Shown piece by piece: positions 15,079-28,958 of a stretch of DNA of 64,000 bases (positions are counted from its first letter, which is position 1; every line of letters begins with the position of its first letter). Source of the DNA: Balanoglossus misakiensis (lineage: Eukaryota; Animalia; Hemichordata); NCBI GenBank assembly GCA_040954595.2, contig CM082577.2, positions 19,442,303-19,506,302 of the forward strand, written 5' to 3'. Below the pieces are notes generated by a model, which made no database searches, was not told the origin of the DNA, and saw only the letters and a program-made list of their open reading frames with translations. The translations under genes were made by a program, and so were the position numbers.

Positions 15079-16836
15079 AAATTGCGTCAAGGACACGGTG
15101 GTCCCATTTAGGGATTACACAAGAAAAAGTCTACACCGGAGTACGTGGCCATATACAGACAGACAGACACACACACACACATAGCGAGAGATCAATGGGC
15201 AAACACTGACTGACCCATAAGCTGACAATTGCATATGTACTGTACAGTGGAACGCCGATTATCCGAACCTGTTGGGCGGGTTAGATTTTGTTCGGATAAT
15301 TGATTGTTCGGATAATTGATTTTGGCACGTCCGAACAAAGGAAATTGACCACACCATTGGGGCATGCGTATGTTACGATGTTTCCCACATGCACATGCAT
15401 TTTCAATGCACTCACAAAATGAAGCTAATAAAATAATTAAACACAATTCGTCTTCTTTTATATAAAAAAATACATATATTAAGAGTTCAAAAGGTTAAGA
15501 AAGAAAAAAAGACGAAGTCAAAGCTGCAATGTTCTGATCCGTTCAACATCGTATGTCGCCGGTCATCGTACCAAACCATGAACGTGCGTAGGCCTTCCAT
15601 GGCCATGGTAGATTTCGCTAGAGCTGGTGTCTCGTTCTCTTTATCGTCCTAATTTTTCATGCCATGAGTTTATTTCTGAGAAACAAAGTCGATGATTTCA
15701 TCATACGTTAATGTTTCAAAGCTGTCATAGTTCTCGCTAGTCTCCAAATCTTCGATGTCAGTGACATTCAAACCGCGCAAAAGAAGCTCTCCGCACGAGG
15801 TCACTTCCGCAAGTGACGTCTTGGCTGTCATTCATATCGGCGCTGCCATGGTCACCGACCGCGACCCGACACGCCTTCACTGTGTCGCGGAATGAAGTCC
15901 ATGCGTTTGAAAAGCCGTGTCTTTGATGTTGACACCTCGGACGATCTCCGCCGTCTTCTCGCACGAGTCGAAGACGGGCGATCTCATCCAACCCATGGCT
16001 TTCATTTGTATTATCAACGACAGTGCTAAGCTTATTTCGGCGATAAATCTACTTCACACTATCAAAAAATTGACCAAAGCCGTGCCGACGCGACAAGTGA
16101 TTTTTCGTGTTTTACACTTGAGTGTGAAATCCTTAGCTAGTGTCGAATGTTACGATACCCGAAAGTGTGACACTCTGTTGTCGTAAAATGATTGAAATAT
16201 TCAATTATGATAAAGACGTTTTTAACACGTCCCACCGCCCTTTACAACAGAAACAATTAGAACTGACCAAAGAAATCTGTCCGAAATGTCAGTTTTCCTG
16301 CGGAAATGTCACAGACCGCCGAGAAAACAGGTGCTTGGCATGGCTAATTAAATGTTCAGGGACCGTACCCGGGACCGTACGAAAGCGTTCGGATAATCCG
16401 AAATTCGGATAATTGGTGTTCGGATAATCGGCGTTCCACTGTACATATAAATAGAACAGCTGGCCTCTTTAAAACTAAGCCAGTTATGTAATCATTCAGG
16501 AATTTGCTGTGTATATAAACAACTCAATAAAGTAAATACACACCACTTTGCAAAGCAATCTGACCAGTAGTTCTTGGGTTACAGAGTTTTGACCAAATTC
16601 ACATTTTTCCAGCTAATTTGCATATTTTTGGCAATGACAACTTCATTTGAACAAACTCCCATCTACAGCCCTGCCTGCATCTACACACCTAAGATCGAGG
16701 TCATACGCGCTGCGGTTTTCAAGTTTTTGATGTGGACGGACATACAGACATACATCCATCCATCCATACATCCATCCATACACACAGACGCAACCGATCC
16801 CATAAGGTCCCATGGTAAAAACCAATGGGACCTAAA
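15079..16836 (-). mobile_element. HINE-like family 4 copy split by a pogo-type insertion
   Basis: Terminal hairpin AGGTCCCATGGT...ACCAATGGGACCT, (CATA/CATC)n and (AC)n microsatellites; homologous to 27541-28075 and 39365-39920. Confidence 0.75.
15245..16441. mobile_element. pogo/Tigger-like deletion derivative
   Basis: TIR CAGTGGAACGCCGATTATCCGAAC, TA target duplication, subterminal TTCGGATAA repeats; decayed VNIKD...NAW...DTVKAC peptide on the minus strand. Confidence 0.85.
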
Positions 16837-16933
16837 AAGTTACTCCTCTTAATCTTTATAAACTGGACAGTAGTTGGAATAGACGCACTAGCTTTTACGG
16901 CTGGACATCACTTCTTTAGATTGTAATTAACAT

Positions 16934-17550
16934 CAGGGTTCTCCCCAGGCCCAACCAGCGTCAGGGCCCCCGACGCTATCACTAATGGCCCCGACGCTAT
17001 TATGTCTGCCCGCTATGCTAAATGTGTCATTGTCAACTCCCCTATTTTTGCCTTAAGTCCGCCTTTGTTTTTACCATAACTTTCTACTTCCTTTCAATTC
17101 TTGATGAATAGTGAACACAACCGAGTCATTTCACACCTTTCACGGCGTTAATCACAGCTTTAATCACCCTAGAAGCAATGCAGCAGCTCTGCATGCTGTC
17201 AAGAGCAGTACGCTGCCCATTTCATTCAGTGCACCAGTTATCTTTAGACAGGCGTCCTATAAATAGCATCATAGCCCTAGTAACACACACACACACACGC
17301 ACAGATGGCAACAAGTGAGCGTACGCATTTTGCAACTCCTTATCTAAACTTGACAAAAGATGTAGAAACTTTTGTTGCAGGTCATGCTATGCACTTGTAC
17401 ACTACACACAGGATAGCAGACGACATAATTGGGGGGCCACAGTGATGTCAAATAGAAGCTAATGCTATATGTAAATTTTATGTTAATTAATATGCAAATT
17501 AGCATGCAAATTAGCCCCGACTCTACGATTTTTTCCTGGGGAGAACCCTG
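16934..17550. mobile_element. hAT-like MITE (TIR CAGGGTTCTCCCCAGG); related element at 84-445
   Basis: 16-bp perfect TIR; no clear 8-bp TSD. Confidence 0.6.
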
Positions 17551-17788
17551 ATCACGCCAAAAGCTCCTATTAGCATCTTTACGCCCATTGTCTAACTGCA
17601 CTATTTCACCAAGATTTATGCCGTGTCAATATCAGCAATGTGAGCATGTATTACAGCGATTCAAGCCCTTTAACTAGTCATACTTGTATCCTATGCCGAG
17701 TACATGTATTTGGTTTGGTAGCTGTTTGTAGAGACGATAAATTGTTTTGTTAAGAAAATGACACTGATATGCTACAAAATTACGCAAT

Positions 17789-18283
17789 AATCCCCGCCTC
17801 AGGTGGGTATACACAAGATTTTGGTACATTTCGAGACAAATATTGAGTGAATTATACCAAATCTAGTGTATACCCGATTGAGGTGGGGTTATTACTATTA
17901 TATTATATCAACAATTGATTTTGTGGCATTTAGGTGTCATTCTCTAAATGAAACAGCATCAGAAAAAGAAGTTACGAACGCAAACCGAACTCGTGATGAT
18001 GAATGTAAACATGGGCGCCCGGGATCATCATGTATTAAACATGAAGCAAAAAGTGACAAGACAGGCATCGCGTATAGCAGCGCCAAATATTCCCACAGAG
18101 CAGTTCCAATTAAAATGTCCGTAAATTCAGTGTTCTTATTTTATTTATTTGGTTTAACCCCACGTGACTGTGGGTTAACCCCACATTTTCTCTGCAGGAT
18201 GCTAGTTCAGGGTAAAACAGTATTTTACCATTGCTGGATTGAGCTCTCATCCAATCAGAATGGCGGACAGTAGCATGATATAA
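17789..18283. mobile_element. Palindrome-ended non-coding element; second, interrupted copy at ~30425-32582
   Basis: Palindrome 17789-17894; shared body and CCAATCAGAATGG...CATGATATAATA end. Confidence 0.65.
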
Positions 18284-18496
18284 TATAATTAATTTTTTGA
18301 TATACATGTATAATAAAAGCAACAACCCCCACCACAGTTGGGTATAGACTCGATTTTGGTAAAATTTGCTCCATAAAGCACTCGCCTAACAGCTCGTGCT
18401 ATGTTGGGAATCGTACCCAAAATGTTGCATATACTGGCCTGCGACATGGGTTATTGCTTTAACTCTAGACTACATTTCTTAATAATGTCAACTCAC

Positions 18497-18555
18497 TGAA
18501 GAATAATCTGTTCTTGCTTAATGGTTTCTTCTTCTTTCTCCACTTCAGTAACGTC
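18497..18555 (-). CDS. TBL3: TBL3 exon (DVTEVEKEEETIKQEQIILQ)
   Basis: Manual translation; matches DVTEAEQAEEQARQEEQVVR; CAG/GTGAGT boundaries. Confidence 0.92.
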
Positions 18556-18829
18556 CTGTAAATCAGGGAATGATAATAAAATCAAATTTGCATTCCAGGC
18601 TTGTCTGGTCCTGCTCCCGTCGCTTGGAGGACTGTCACATGACTTTGGAGGACAGTCCGACCATCAGATGACTTCAGCCACATAATATAGAGGTTATATA
18701 TCAACATCCATTTGACTTTCATGGCTGTTAAAACATCAGCAATGATAAACACAACAATGCTTCGAGAAAATTTACAGCATTAATTCCTGGAAATATGAAG
18801 ACTACTGATACAACTATTGCACACTGTAC

Positions 18830-19057
18830 CTTCCAAACAAAAATAGTTGAATCAGCTGCTCCAGAAATAATGTAATCCCCTGTTGTCTTGGAAACCAATG
18901 CCCAACATTTCTCGTTGTGTTCATCAAAGGTGTTCACACACTCATTGTTTTTAATGGCCCAAACTTTGAGAAGTCCATCAGAGCCACTGGATAACAGCTG
19001 CATCCCTCGGTTTATAAAGGTCACTTTCAACACTGAGCAGTCATGTCCTTCAAAAGA
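18830..19057 (-). CDS. TBL3: TBL3 exon (SFEGHDCSVLKVTFINRGMQLLSSGSDGLLKVW...DSTIFVWK)
   Basis: Matches TFEGHDASVLKVAFVSRGTQLLSSGSDGLVKLW; TAG/GTACA boundaries. Confidence 0.96.
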
Positions 19058-19997
19058 CTAAAAAGATAAAAAAGCATATTTAAGATAATTAAAGTCTTAA
19101 ACCTGTGTCACTGTGTAAGAGTTAAAAGGTAGAATGAGACTGGTATGCTGTTAGTACAAATAACTTAAGCAGAACTTTATGCAGTGTGAATGTGTATGAA
19201 TTGTGGCAAGTGCCTGAAAGAAAATTTTAGGAAAGGAAGGGTGCGGGAGGGGAAGAATGAGAGAGAGGGCATTTATCAGGATTATCTGGATTCCTGCCGT
19301 AAACGAGCGTGGTACAGCATGTTTGAAAACGACCTTGTCCCTAACTCACTCCTATTTTCATAGGGAAAAATACTGTTGTAAGGAAACAAAGGTGAGATTA
19401 ATAGAATCTCACACTCCCAAGGACCTGGGATCGCATTTCTCGCATTTCACAAGTTGGGGATTTTTTGTCCCACTCGAGCTGCAGGCGAGTGTGGGACAAA
19501 ATATCCTTGAGGAGTGTGAGAAATAGGATCCCAGGTCCTTGGTGTGTGAGACTTTACACAATACACAATAGCATGACTGTTTACATTTACTTTGTTTGTA
19601 TTGTATAATGGTTTTTGGAGAACAACAGCACTCTAAGTTTTATGGTAATACATTTCCTACCATGGGGCCATGAGTCATTGTCTATTAGGCTGACAGATGG
19701 CTTGAGAGAATATCAGTATATTTTAGCAATGTCATTTGGTTTCACTTTTCAGTTTGTGTCCATGAATATGTTCCAAAACCAGAAAAAGAAACGGTTTGTT
19801 AACCGCAATCACTGAGGCTACTAACTTTACAGGAAGGTAGTCGCAAAGGTTTGCACAGGGTTTATAGTAACATTTCCTTTGTTTGCTAATTGATGTTTTT
19901 GTCTTAGTTTACAGCAACTGCTGCAAGTAAACAAAGGTTCCTGCAGTGTCCACCATGTTGAAAACAAAAGAACATTGCATTAGGGCAAGTGTTTATG

Positions 19998-21216
19998 CAA
20001 TCTGATTAAATATCAGATGTAGGGAACGGCGACGTGGTTTTTTTATACTGTCGCCTCACACTACACATCTGACCAACTCTCAATGGAGCTCCCGCTGAAC
20101 TCTACAAGACTTACTGGGAATATAATCCAATCAGAAGGCGCCTTATAGCAAATGATAGGCAACCCACAATCACATGACCTGGCCCCTTGCGGTTGTTACC
20201 ATGGAGCTACCACAGACATATATCCTGGGCGCGAGAGTCGAATCAGCGTGGGGAATGGTTTCGAGCCAGTTCAGCGTGACGACTGAACCTCTATATTCCA
20301 CCGGTCAACGAAATGTATAAGACGTGGCAACAAGTCGTAGTAAAATTGTTAGAGAATTGATTACATTTGTGTAAGGCCGTCTTATGGTGAGATTCTGTCG
20401 CCACGATCGTTTGTATACACGAGAGTGCACTGACTTGACTAGCTCTGCGTGCAGGTCTGTGTGATCCCGGCGTTACACGGACGTTGGAAGAAGTTAATCG
20501 CATCATATTTGGGGTCGGTTGAAGTAGACAGGGAAAGGATTTTGCTTCGATAAAATCGAATTTCGACAGAAAAAGCTGCGGTCGGGCGTCCGGGTCCGGA
20601 CCGCAGACACACCAGTTTTGTCTATGGGGCCTTATGCAGGGCTGTGGTGCGTCGGGAACACACAGACCTGAACGCGGAGCTATGACTTGACATTCCTTAG
20701 CCAAAGTTAGCGTTCTTTTTAAAAATCTGTCACATAAATTGTTTTGGGATACATGGCAGTGAAATTTGGTTTATTTTTTACAAACTTTTACATGAAGTAC
20801 GTCATTTTCCCCGACTGGCAGCATGACTACGAGGGCGAACATGACTTGTTAGGAGAGTTTATAAATGATCAACGACAGTTCATCATTTGTATATGGCTAC
20901 AGCTCGACGTTTCACTGCTCTGCGAAAACCACTCGCATACGATGACGCCAAACAAAGAAAGATACCATGGGATTACATGTAATTGTTCACAAGAGAAAGC
21001 CAATCTTTCGTATTCTGTGCGATACTCGAAGTCAACAACAACATTTCTCCCATCTCCCAGTGCAATTCTTTAGTCGGCATAACACGCAATCTGATTGGCC
21101 GGGTCGGAACGCGAGAGTTCAGCGGGATCTCCATTGAGAGTTGGTCAGATGTAGTGTGAGGCGACAGTATAAAAAAACCACGTCGCCGTTCCCTACATCT
21201 GATTTTAATCAGATTG
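19998..21216. mobile_element. Non-autonomous TIR element with 9-bp TSD (MULE-like)
   Basis: ~90-bp TIRs CAATCTGATTAAA...; GTGTTTATG duplicated at 19989-19997 and 21217-21225. Confidence 0.85.
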
Positions 21217-21481
21217 GTGTTTATGGCAAGTATGGCTAATTGGGAGGTGTTAAAGTGTAAGTGCCATGCCCTTGATTTCCAATCGAAATCTCTATCATTA
21301 GGAGCATTTTCAAACATTGCCTACTGTGTCGATTAAAAAGACATTTGCATGGCAGCAACATTTGCCAGTTTTCTGAACACATATCAAGCCTGGCAATTCA
21401 CATGCCAAACCAGGTAGTGGACCTTTACACAAGGGGCCTATATAAAAAGCTGAAGCACTCAGCAATATCATTACGCACATA

Positions 21482-24260
21482 ATGAATATTCACGAGAAAG
21501 TGTATAAAAGACTTCCTGACAAAAGTGTCGATCTCATTTCGATATTGTCCATGATGCAGAACAGTAGCTCCACTTGGACTCGACAAACTGGTGCTTCCCA
21601 GGCCTTCGTGGCCGCCCATGGCATTCTGCCAGCTTCGGTGACGGCAGCACGGAAGCAGCCCCAAGAGGCTTCTACTCAGATTCCACAGGCACCATCTGCC
21701 TCAAGCACACCATCTACAAGTGGCAGTATAGCAGCACAACGTCCCGAGCTCCACCTCCACTTCCTCGGCCAAAAGACTATGTAGTTGCTCGTTTGGATTA
21801 CACGCATTTTGTCTTTTGCGTCGAGCCGCCGGGCACCTGTTCGAGCTTTTGTGTGCCTCTTCAAAGTTTCGCTGGTGCTGCCGTCAGTAGTGGCCTGCTG
21901 TTTTCTCGTTGAATGTGACTACTCCCAGAGTTCTCGCAGTCGGCCAAAACTCTACCGTTCTTTTTCTTCTCTTAAGCTCCCCCCCCCCCCCACTAAAACT
22001 CTCTCACAATAAACTCTCTCATCTCTTTCTCTATTTATCTCTCTCTCTCTCCCTCTATCTCTTGTTCGTTGTGGAAGCGACGAGGCATCCCATGTAAAGA
22101 AGAGGCTTCTTGCATTTGGAGATGTATGTACGCAGAGGTACGAATAACATTGGTGCAGGGCACAAAAAATGTACGAGCAAGTACAAAATAAGAGTGGTAT
22201 TGGTCGCCAAAGTGCTTGAGTGCGCACTATTGTGGTGGGCGGCTCGCCAGGTGTACAATATAATGTAATTCAAAATCTGTTGTAATTACTTAACACGTGG
22301 TATTCAGCAGCACTACAGTAGGTGTAGTGAATGTGCTAGAAGCACTGATGGCGTATACAGCTTTAGGTTGATTGTGATGTAATCACATGTTCAGGTGTGT
22401 CTCCTTCCTTTTGCAGTTGCCGATCGGAGAGGAAAAATTGCAACAAGATGCAGACTCTACGAATGTAAAAGAAGCCATGCAAAAATAAGTACACATGTCG
22501 GCATCCAGGTTCCAAATTATAAATGCGCTTAGAATACCATGATGAATCACCACAAGTTGTCAAGATACCACGCTGTTCTTGCACAATTCGAAAGTAATGA
22601 GTTTGGCAGAGACGCTGGAAAATTAATTGTTATATTGTTGAGGAATTAAGAAGAAGAAGAAATCGCTTCAAAAGTCGGGAAGTTTAGGAAAAGATGAACG
22701 CATGTACAACAGAGGAGACACGGAAAAGCTTGTACTTCATACAATTCTCGTCGATATTTTACATTGGTTTATATAGTTCGTCAATTGGGTTTATTCAGTG
22801 TGATGTCGACATCATTGACACTTGATCGATCAGTACCTGGTTTGCATGGCTTAATGACTACACCCCCTAGACCAGTATCCGGTCACTTTTATTAAAAACG
22901 ATACTCGCGCTTCATCGGCAACTCCGATACTACAACAACGCCATGTATTTTTAGCACTGGAGGACTGACAATAGAAAAAAATACAAATCCGGGTCAAGTT
23001 GACAAAGGTCAAGGTAAAAAAGATTCCCAAACGATTGGTGTCGCTAGACCTGTATGCGGTCACTTGGACCAGTACTCCGGTCACGTTGCATCAGTTGCAC
23101 AAACACAGTTAGATTCAAATAGAATGCATATTCTCGTAAAGTATTTGGGCCCTTATCAGTAGAATCATGAATATACGGACTTTCATTCAAAGAAAAAAGC
23201 TACGAAGTCGACCCCCCTTCGACCTGGAAGTTGCGACTTACTAGCCCACAGTGCACGTCTTTTCTATGACAAGTCCACATGACCGGCTTACCGGTCTAAA
23301 GCATTCCTCCCGATGTACGCGAAAGGCGCGTAAATGTTTGCGCTAATTTTGAAATCTGATACATGAACTTGTTCATGATGACTCGACAAGTACTAGAACA
23401 GCAATTTTGGTGGAAAAGCTCAAAAATATTGACGACAGGCCGACTTTTAAAGTGCGGCTCTTGCGTAGCTACCATAAAATGCGTAGTATGAAGGAAATGA
23501 ACAATTGTATGCACCTCTTGTTTTCGGGCGATTCTGCTCAAGTTCAACCCGTACGACGTCGAAACTTCTACAGATTACTAATGAGTATACCCATCAAATA
23601 CCTCGACTCTTGAATATCGCGTAGATATCGCGACTATCACTATATCGCGTCTTTTCCGCGAAGTGACCGGGTAATAGTACCGACCGGATACTGGTCTAGG
23701 GGTGTATTCCTTCTTTCCAAAAACATATCTGTGCAGTAAGCGCAGATGCCCTGTCCATGCTTCATGGTACGGATTGGCGCACTTGTGTGTATATCGTCCA
23801 CCCATGTTCCGATGTCCGACGCCTATCACCACAATGACTAACAAAGTTGACGCCAAAAGTCCCCATTTTGCGGTATCACTACCTGATGTGATTCCTGGAG
23901 AAATGTCTTCGTGCTTGGCTGGACCCATGGCCACGCCGTGATTCACGACGGCCTCAAACCTCAAAGCAACGGTGAAAATCCAATCGCAATGGTAAACTTG
24001 TTGCTTTGGGGTCAAAGAATCGATATGCCAGCGGGCAAGTTCTTTAGCCGAGAGAATTTCGTTTTACAGAGTGAGAAACATGGGGTATATAAAAAGACAA
24101 AGTACTTGTACACTACGAGCGTAATAGCTGCTTTCTGATTGGTCAAAAACTTGTCTGACCTCGAGGGCGCTTTCATTATTAAATATTAATGAGCACTTCC
24201 ATATATAGGGATCGGGCAGAGTGCAGAGACACACACAGGAAATCAAGCGAGTGCAGCCAC
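21482..24260 (+). pseudogene. Putative heavily decayed Helitron-type Rep/PIF1 helicase
   Basis: Ordered motifs across frameshifts: LHLHFL, WLNDYTP, NDT/RFIG, ATLL..TVH, FMMTRQVLEQ, LLFSGDSAQVQPV, YIGI-GRVQR. Confidence 0.45.
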
Positions 24261-24790
24261 TAGCTGGAAGAGCTGAATTCAATGCATTGCCTTGCGATGT
24301 TCATGATACAGGGGGTGATGATCAATGAACAGAACAGCGGTCCACTTTCACGCGTTGCAAAACAAACGACGATGTTAGATAGCAGTGCTTAACAAGTTTG
24401 GCTAATTTGTATGAAAATCGTCTCGCCAAACACAACTTTTTTCTCGCATTTGCGATTGGCGAGCGGGTAGCGAAAACACTGCTGGCTAATCTGTTCCGAT
24501 ATCTGTCACTGTTCCAATTCTTCCTCAACACCTCATTGCTACACACCACCGCCAAAAACATAAAGCTACACACCCCTACAAGAAAATGGTATGCATTCTT
24601 GACAGGTTGAAGGACGGATGTTGACACTGATGCCCCATTCGAAAGACTCATCCGTGTAAACACTTCGGAGCCAAAAAGCGGGCTGTCGGTGTACAAGTAT
24701 ATTTCCTTTTGTTGTTGAATATTTGGGAGTGATAAATGTTCGGGTAAAATGGCACTGGGTACAGTATCTGATTGAGACAAGAAAGGTAAA

Positions 24791-27539
24791 TTAAAGCTGC
24801 AAGCAGCGTTGAAGGGGCCCAAGCATAGAGTTAATAACCATTAGACTCCATTCAGGGTTGTACCATTCAAATGCGTAGGCTGTATTTGCTCTGGATGTGG
24901 AGATATGGGGAAGTAGGCAACCACCCGAAATGGATGTCTTACAAATACAAACACAACAACCAAAGGTGAACTTCTACGTTGTAAGTACTTCAGTTACTTC
25001 AAAGGTCAGCTGAGGGTATCCAAAAATTGGGCCAAAAATTAGGATTCTTATTTGGTTCTTATTCAAGACAATGGAAAATCCTCGCCCTTTGGGTTTGTCA
25101 AATTAGGTATGGCCATAATAATGAGTTAGGCAAGTAAGTTACAGGTGGCTCCAGGAATTTAGCATTTCATGACGCAGAGGGTCCTACCCTTCCCCTCCAA
25201 ACACCTGGCTATATATGATGTGCATGCTAACATATGGAAAGCAGGTCAATGGACACCTGATGTCACCCAAAAATTTGACAAAAAATGTTCATTCCTGTTT
25301 ATGTCATGTGCAACAAATCCTACATTTGCAGCCCTTTCACTTTGCCTACCATTAGGTATGCACGTAATACATGAATCAAGCAGGTGTCGCAGGTATCCCC
25401 CTGTATTTGGCATTTCATGATAGTTTCGCTCCGAATACCAAAGCTGCACTTGTACAACGGGCTGAGATATGGCACTGTACGACAGAGGTCATCCAAATCA
25501 ACTTATACATTTGGGCAAAAACAAACTGACACTTACATTCGTCCCTGTGGAACAAAAACCACACCTATTGCCCTGTTGGTTAGTGTCCAATTAAATGTAC
25601 AAAATCAATGACTTAGGCAGGTGCAACAGGTGACCCCGCCTTTGGTATATCTTTATGGTCCCATCCGTATATGCCCCCCCCCCCCCCCACGCCAAAGCTG
25701 CATGCATCTGCTGTGGATGCTCACTAAGCAAAAGTAGGTGAAATGTCACATAAGATCGCCCATAAGGCTGCATTCACAAACACCTCTTGAGGGGGGGGGG
25801 AGAATTCAATTTTTTTTTACCGCTAATTTTCACATGCCCCCCGTACACAACCCGAAAAATTTCAAATCCCCCCCTTCCGAACTGCCAAAATTTTGAAATC
25901 CCCCCCCTCCCCATTTTCTTTCACAGAGCAAAACAGATCACCTAGTATCTATCTTGTAAAAAAAGAAAAACAGCGCTCCCATTTTTTAAGTATTTGTATC
26001 CTGTGTTGGGAGTCATTGTAAACCAAAATTGAAGGGGGTGGGTTTGGGAGGGGGTGCACGTAAGAAAATTTTATAAAATACAGAGCTCAAAGCTGCATTT
26101 TAATGAACCCGGCAAAGGCAAATTAACTCAACTACCGGTATGTTGGGGAGGACAAATTTAACCGTCGCCGCTCAAAGTTATCATGGGGTGGGGCAAGTCC
26201 CCTGACCTGGGACACTAGATAAACCAGTCAATGATTGAAAGGTGTTGATGAATGAAGGGGGTGGGTGTGGGAGGGGGTGTCCCCCTCCCACATTAGAAAA
26301 TTTTGTAAAATAAAGGGCGCGAAACTGCATTTTTGGGGACTCAAAATAAATATTTAGTCGTCAAAGTTTTCAAGTCCCCCCCCCTTTCAGTCCCTAAATT
26401 AGTTCAAATCCCCCCCCTTACATACCCTCAATTTTTTCAAATCCCCTCCTCAATTCTCCTGCCCCCCCCCCTCCTGAGGATTTTGTGAATGCAGCCTAAC
26501 TTGACAGGAAAATCGGACTTCATATTGATCCATTTGCAACAAATACCACACTAGCATCCCTTTCATTGACCCCACAATTACGCATGCTCATAATTGAGTT
26601 ACGCAGGTGTTACAGGTGACCCCCGAATCGGGCGTATTATTTTGGTCCCATACAGCTGCATGAAGCTGTGTGCCATTACGGGCCACCTGCGGGCCAACCC
26701 CCATACTGAACGTTCAGTTGCAACGTCACGACTGAAGTAGGAACTGTTGAACGGCAAAGAAGCCTGATCTCTGATTATTGCTGGTACCATACTCCCTTCG
26801 TGCAAGAAAATCATTGGTCTGCTGACGTATTTCGGCCACATTAGCGACTGAGGGTCAAAGTCCGCTGCCGCATTACATTGAATGTTAACCAGTGTAGCCG
26901 GGTCTAGATAGAAACATTTGAACGGCAACAGCTAACAAACTCAGCGTAATTCAATAAAACGCCCTAACACAGCCTGAACTCCGATAATGTGTTATCCCAA
27001 AATTCATTCCGTGGAAAATAATCACTGGTCTGTTTACGTATTTCAGCCGATTTTCCAAGGACTACTGCAACCCGCCAGAAGTGAGTAGCGTGCTAATGAG
27101 ATCTCCACAACATTACGTAATGATGGTCAAAGTCCGATGCCCCAGTGTCCGTCCTCAGCCCACCAAAAATGTGAAAAATATTACAAAAATCTTCTTCTCA
27201 AAATCGACGTGGCCTAGGACCTTGAAATTTGGCACAGGGGATTTTGGCCACATGGTCTACAAAAATCGCGAAAAGAATGTACATTCCCCCATTAACGTGC
27301 AAATTAGGTCAATTTGAAAATTTCGCTCGATTATAGCCACCAAGTCACGTGACTAATTACAAATTCAAAGGGCAGGTGCACTAGTACTCATGGGCCCCAA
27401 TCATCGTGCCAAACTTCATAGGCGCAGGTGCCGGAATTTCAGAGAAAAACGGGAGCAAAAAAACGACTCAAGAAGAAAGAAGAAAAACTCCAGCAATAAC
27501 AGAAGGGGACCAAGCGCCTGAGGGCGCTTGGTCCCCTAA
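24791..27539 (-). mobile_element. HINE family 3 (subTIR GGGG(C/A)CCAAGC) with diverged internal repeats and a nested MITE
   Basis: GCTGCAAGCAGC hairpin + AGGGGCCCAAGC at 24796-24824; AGGGGACCAAGCGCC...GGCGCTTGGTCCCCT at 27504-27537. Confidence 0.78.
25766..26496. mobile_element. PIF/Harbinger-like MITE nested in HINE family 3
   Basis: TIR GGCTGCATTCACAAA; TAA duplication on both sides. Confidence 0.85.
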
Positions 27540-27540
27540 A

Positions 27541-28075
27541 AAATCGTGTTAAGGACATGGTGGTCCCACACACGTCACACACGCACAGCGAGAGATCAAT
27601 GGGCTAACACTGAATGACCCATAAGCTGCCAATGGCATATGTACTATACATACACTAAATGGAACAGCTGGCTTCTTTAAAACTTAGCCAGTTATGTAAT
27701 CATGCAGGAATTTGCTACATGTATATAAATCACAGGAGGGGGCTTCCTGCCTAATTAAAACAACTCAATAAAGTAAATACACACCACTTTGCAAAGCAAT
27801 CTGACCAGTACTTCTTGAGTTACTGAGTTTTAACCAAATTCACATTTTTCCAGCTAATTTGCATAGTTTTGGCAATGACAACTTCATTTGAACAAACTCC
27901 CATCTACAGCCCAGCCTGCATCTGCACACCAAATATCAAGGTGATACACGCAGCGGTTTTCATGTTTTTGATGTGGACGAACATACAGACATACATCCAT
28001 CCATCCATACATACATACATACATACAGACGCAACTGATCTCATAAGGTCCCATGGTACATACCAATGGGACCTA
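27541..28075 (-). mobile_element. HINE-like family 4 copy
   Basis: Same sequence and terminal hairpin at 28046-28074; abuts the family 3 end. Confidence 0.75.
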
Positions 28076-28289
28076 CTACAGATTTCAAAATACCTTGGAA
28101 ATTCTTTGTTTTCGAGTGATAAAATAAACGTCTCCCATGATAAGAAAAAACGTCTCTAAGTTCATGAAACTGAATACCGCACTTTGTTTATTTTGCAACA
28201 AAGTAACCTTTTCAAACGTTCGTAATCCCACAGTGAGATTGTCTCTAGTCTACTCTGACCCTTGTATGAGGATGTTTTGCACTGACAAC

Positions 28290-28958
28290 CAAGGAAACTT
28301 CGTAACGATGAAGAGCAATATATCGAGTATTTAAAACAACAAACTCCTTCGATTTCATAAGAAGAAATTCAACAAAATTTGGCGGAATTTTCGCAGGCAG
28401 ACGTGTCTATACCATGGAGGTACTAGAGTACCTCCATGTCTATACCCACTGTCTGTCGAACCGTCAGAAATCGTTTGTCAGACAAAACGTGGACTTGGAA
28501 AAAAATGACATGTGTTGGGAACGAACATTTAACCGAGCGAAACATCTTGTACACGCAAGCTTATATTGACGCTTTGTATGAAGTCGACCCGTTTCGCGTC
28601 AAGTTCATGGATGAAAGCGGCTTCAGCTTTCCGAGTGTTCACAACAGGAAGTACGGACACGCTCCCATCAGGGACCGTGCAATTCAAGTTCAGCGATACG
28701 CTAAGGTACCAAATTACACCCTCAATTTACTTGTCAGTGCACATGGTATATGCCATGCCAATGTCCTCCATGGCCCTTCTAATACAGACATGTATTTGCA
28801 GTTTTTCAATGAAGCGGCAAACACTGTTATGTAGGACTGGTCTCCAGGGTTGGTTGCAGGCGACATCAGTTGTAGTTGATAACTGTCCTACACACCACAA
28901 ATACGGTGGTCGTATTTTGGCCAAATTTCTAGACACTTACGCACTAGGTGAAATTTGA
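28290..28958 (+). pseudogene. Tc1/IS630-type DDE transposase relic
   Basis: HTH-like VSIPTVCR, FMDESGF (first D), VVVDNCPTHH (second D); stops and a frameshift. Confidence 0.85.
28413..28438. mobile_element. 26-bp palindromic insertion with 7-bp TSD (P-like footprint or mini-element)
   Basis: TCTATAC-CATGGAGGTACT-AG-AGTACCTCCATG-TCTATAC. Confidence 0.8.
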
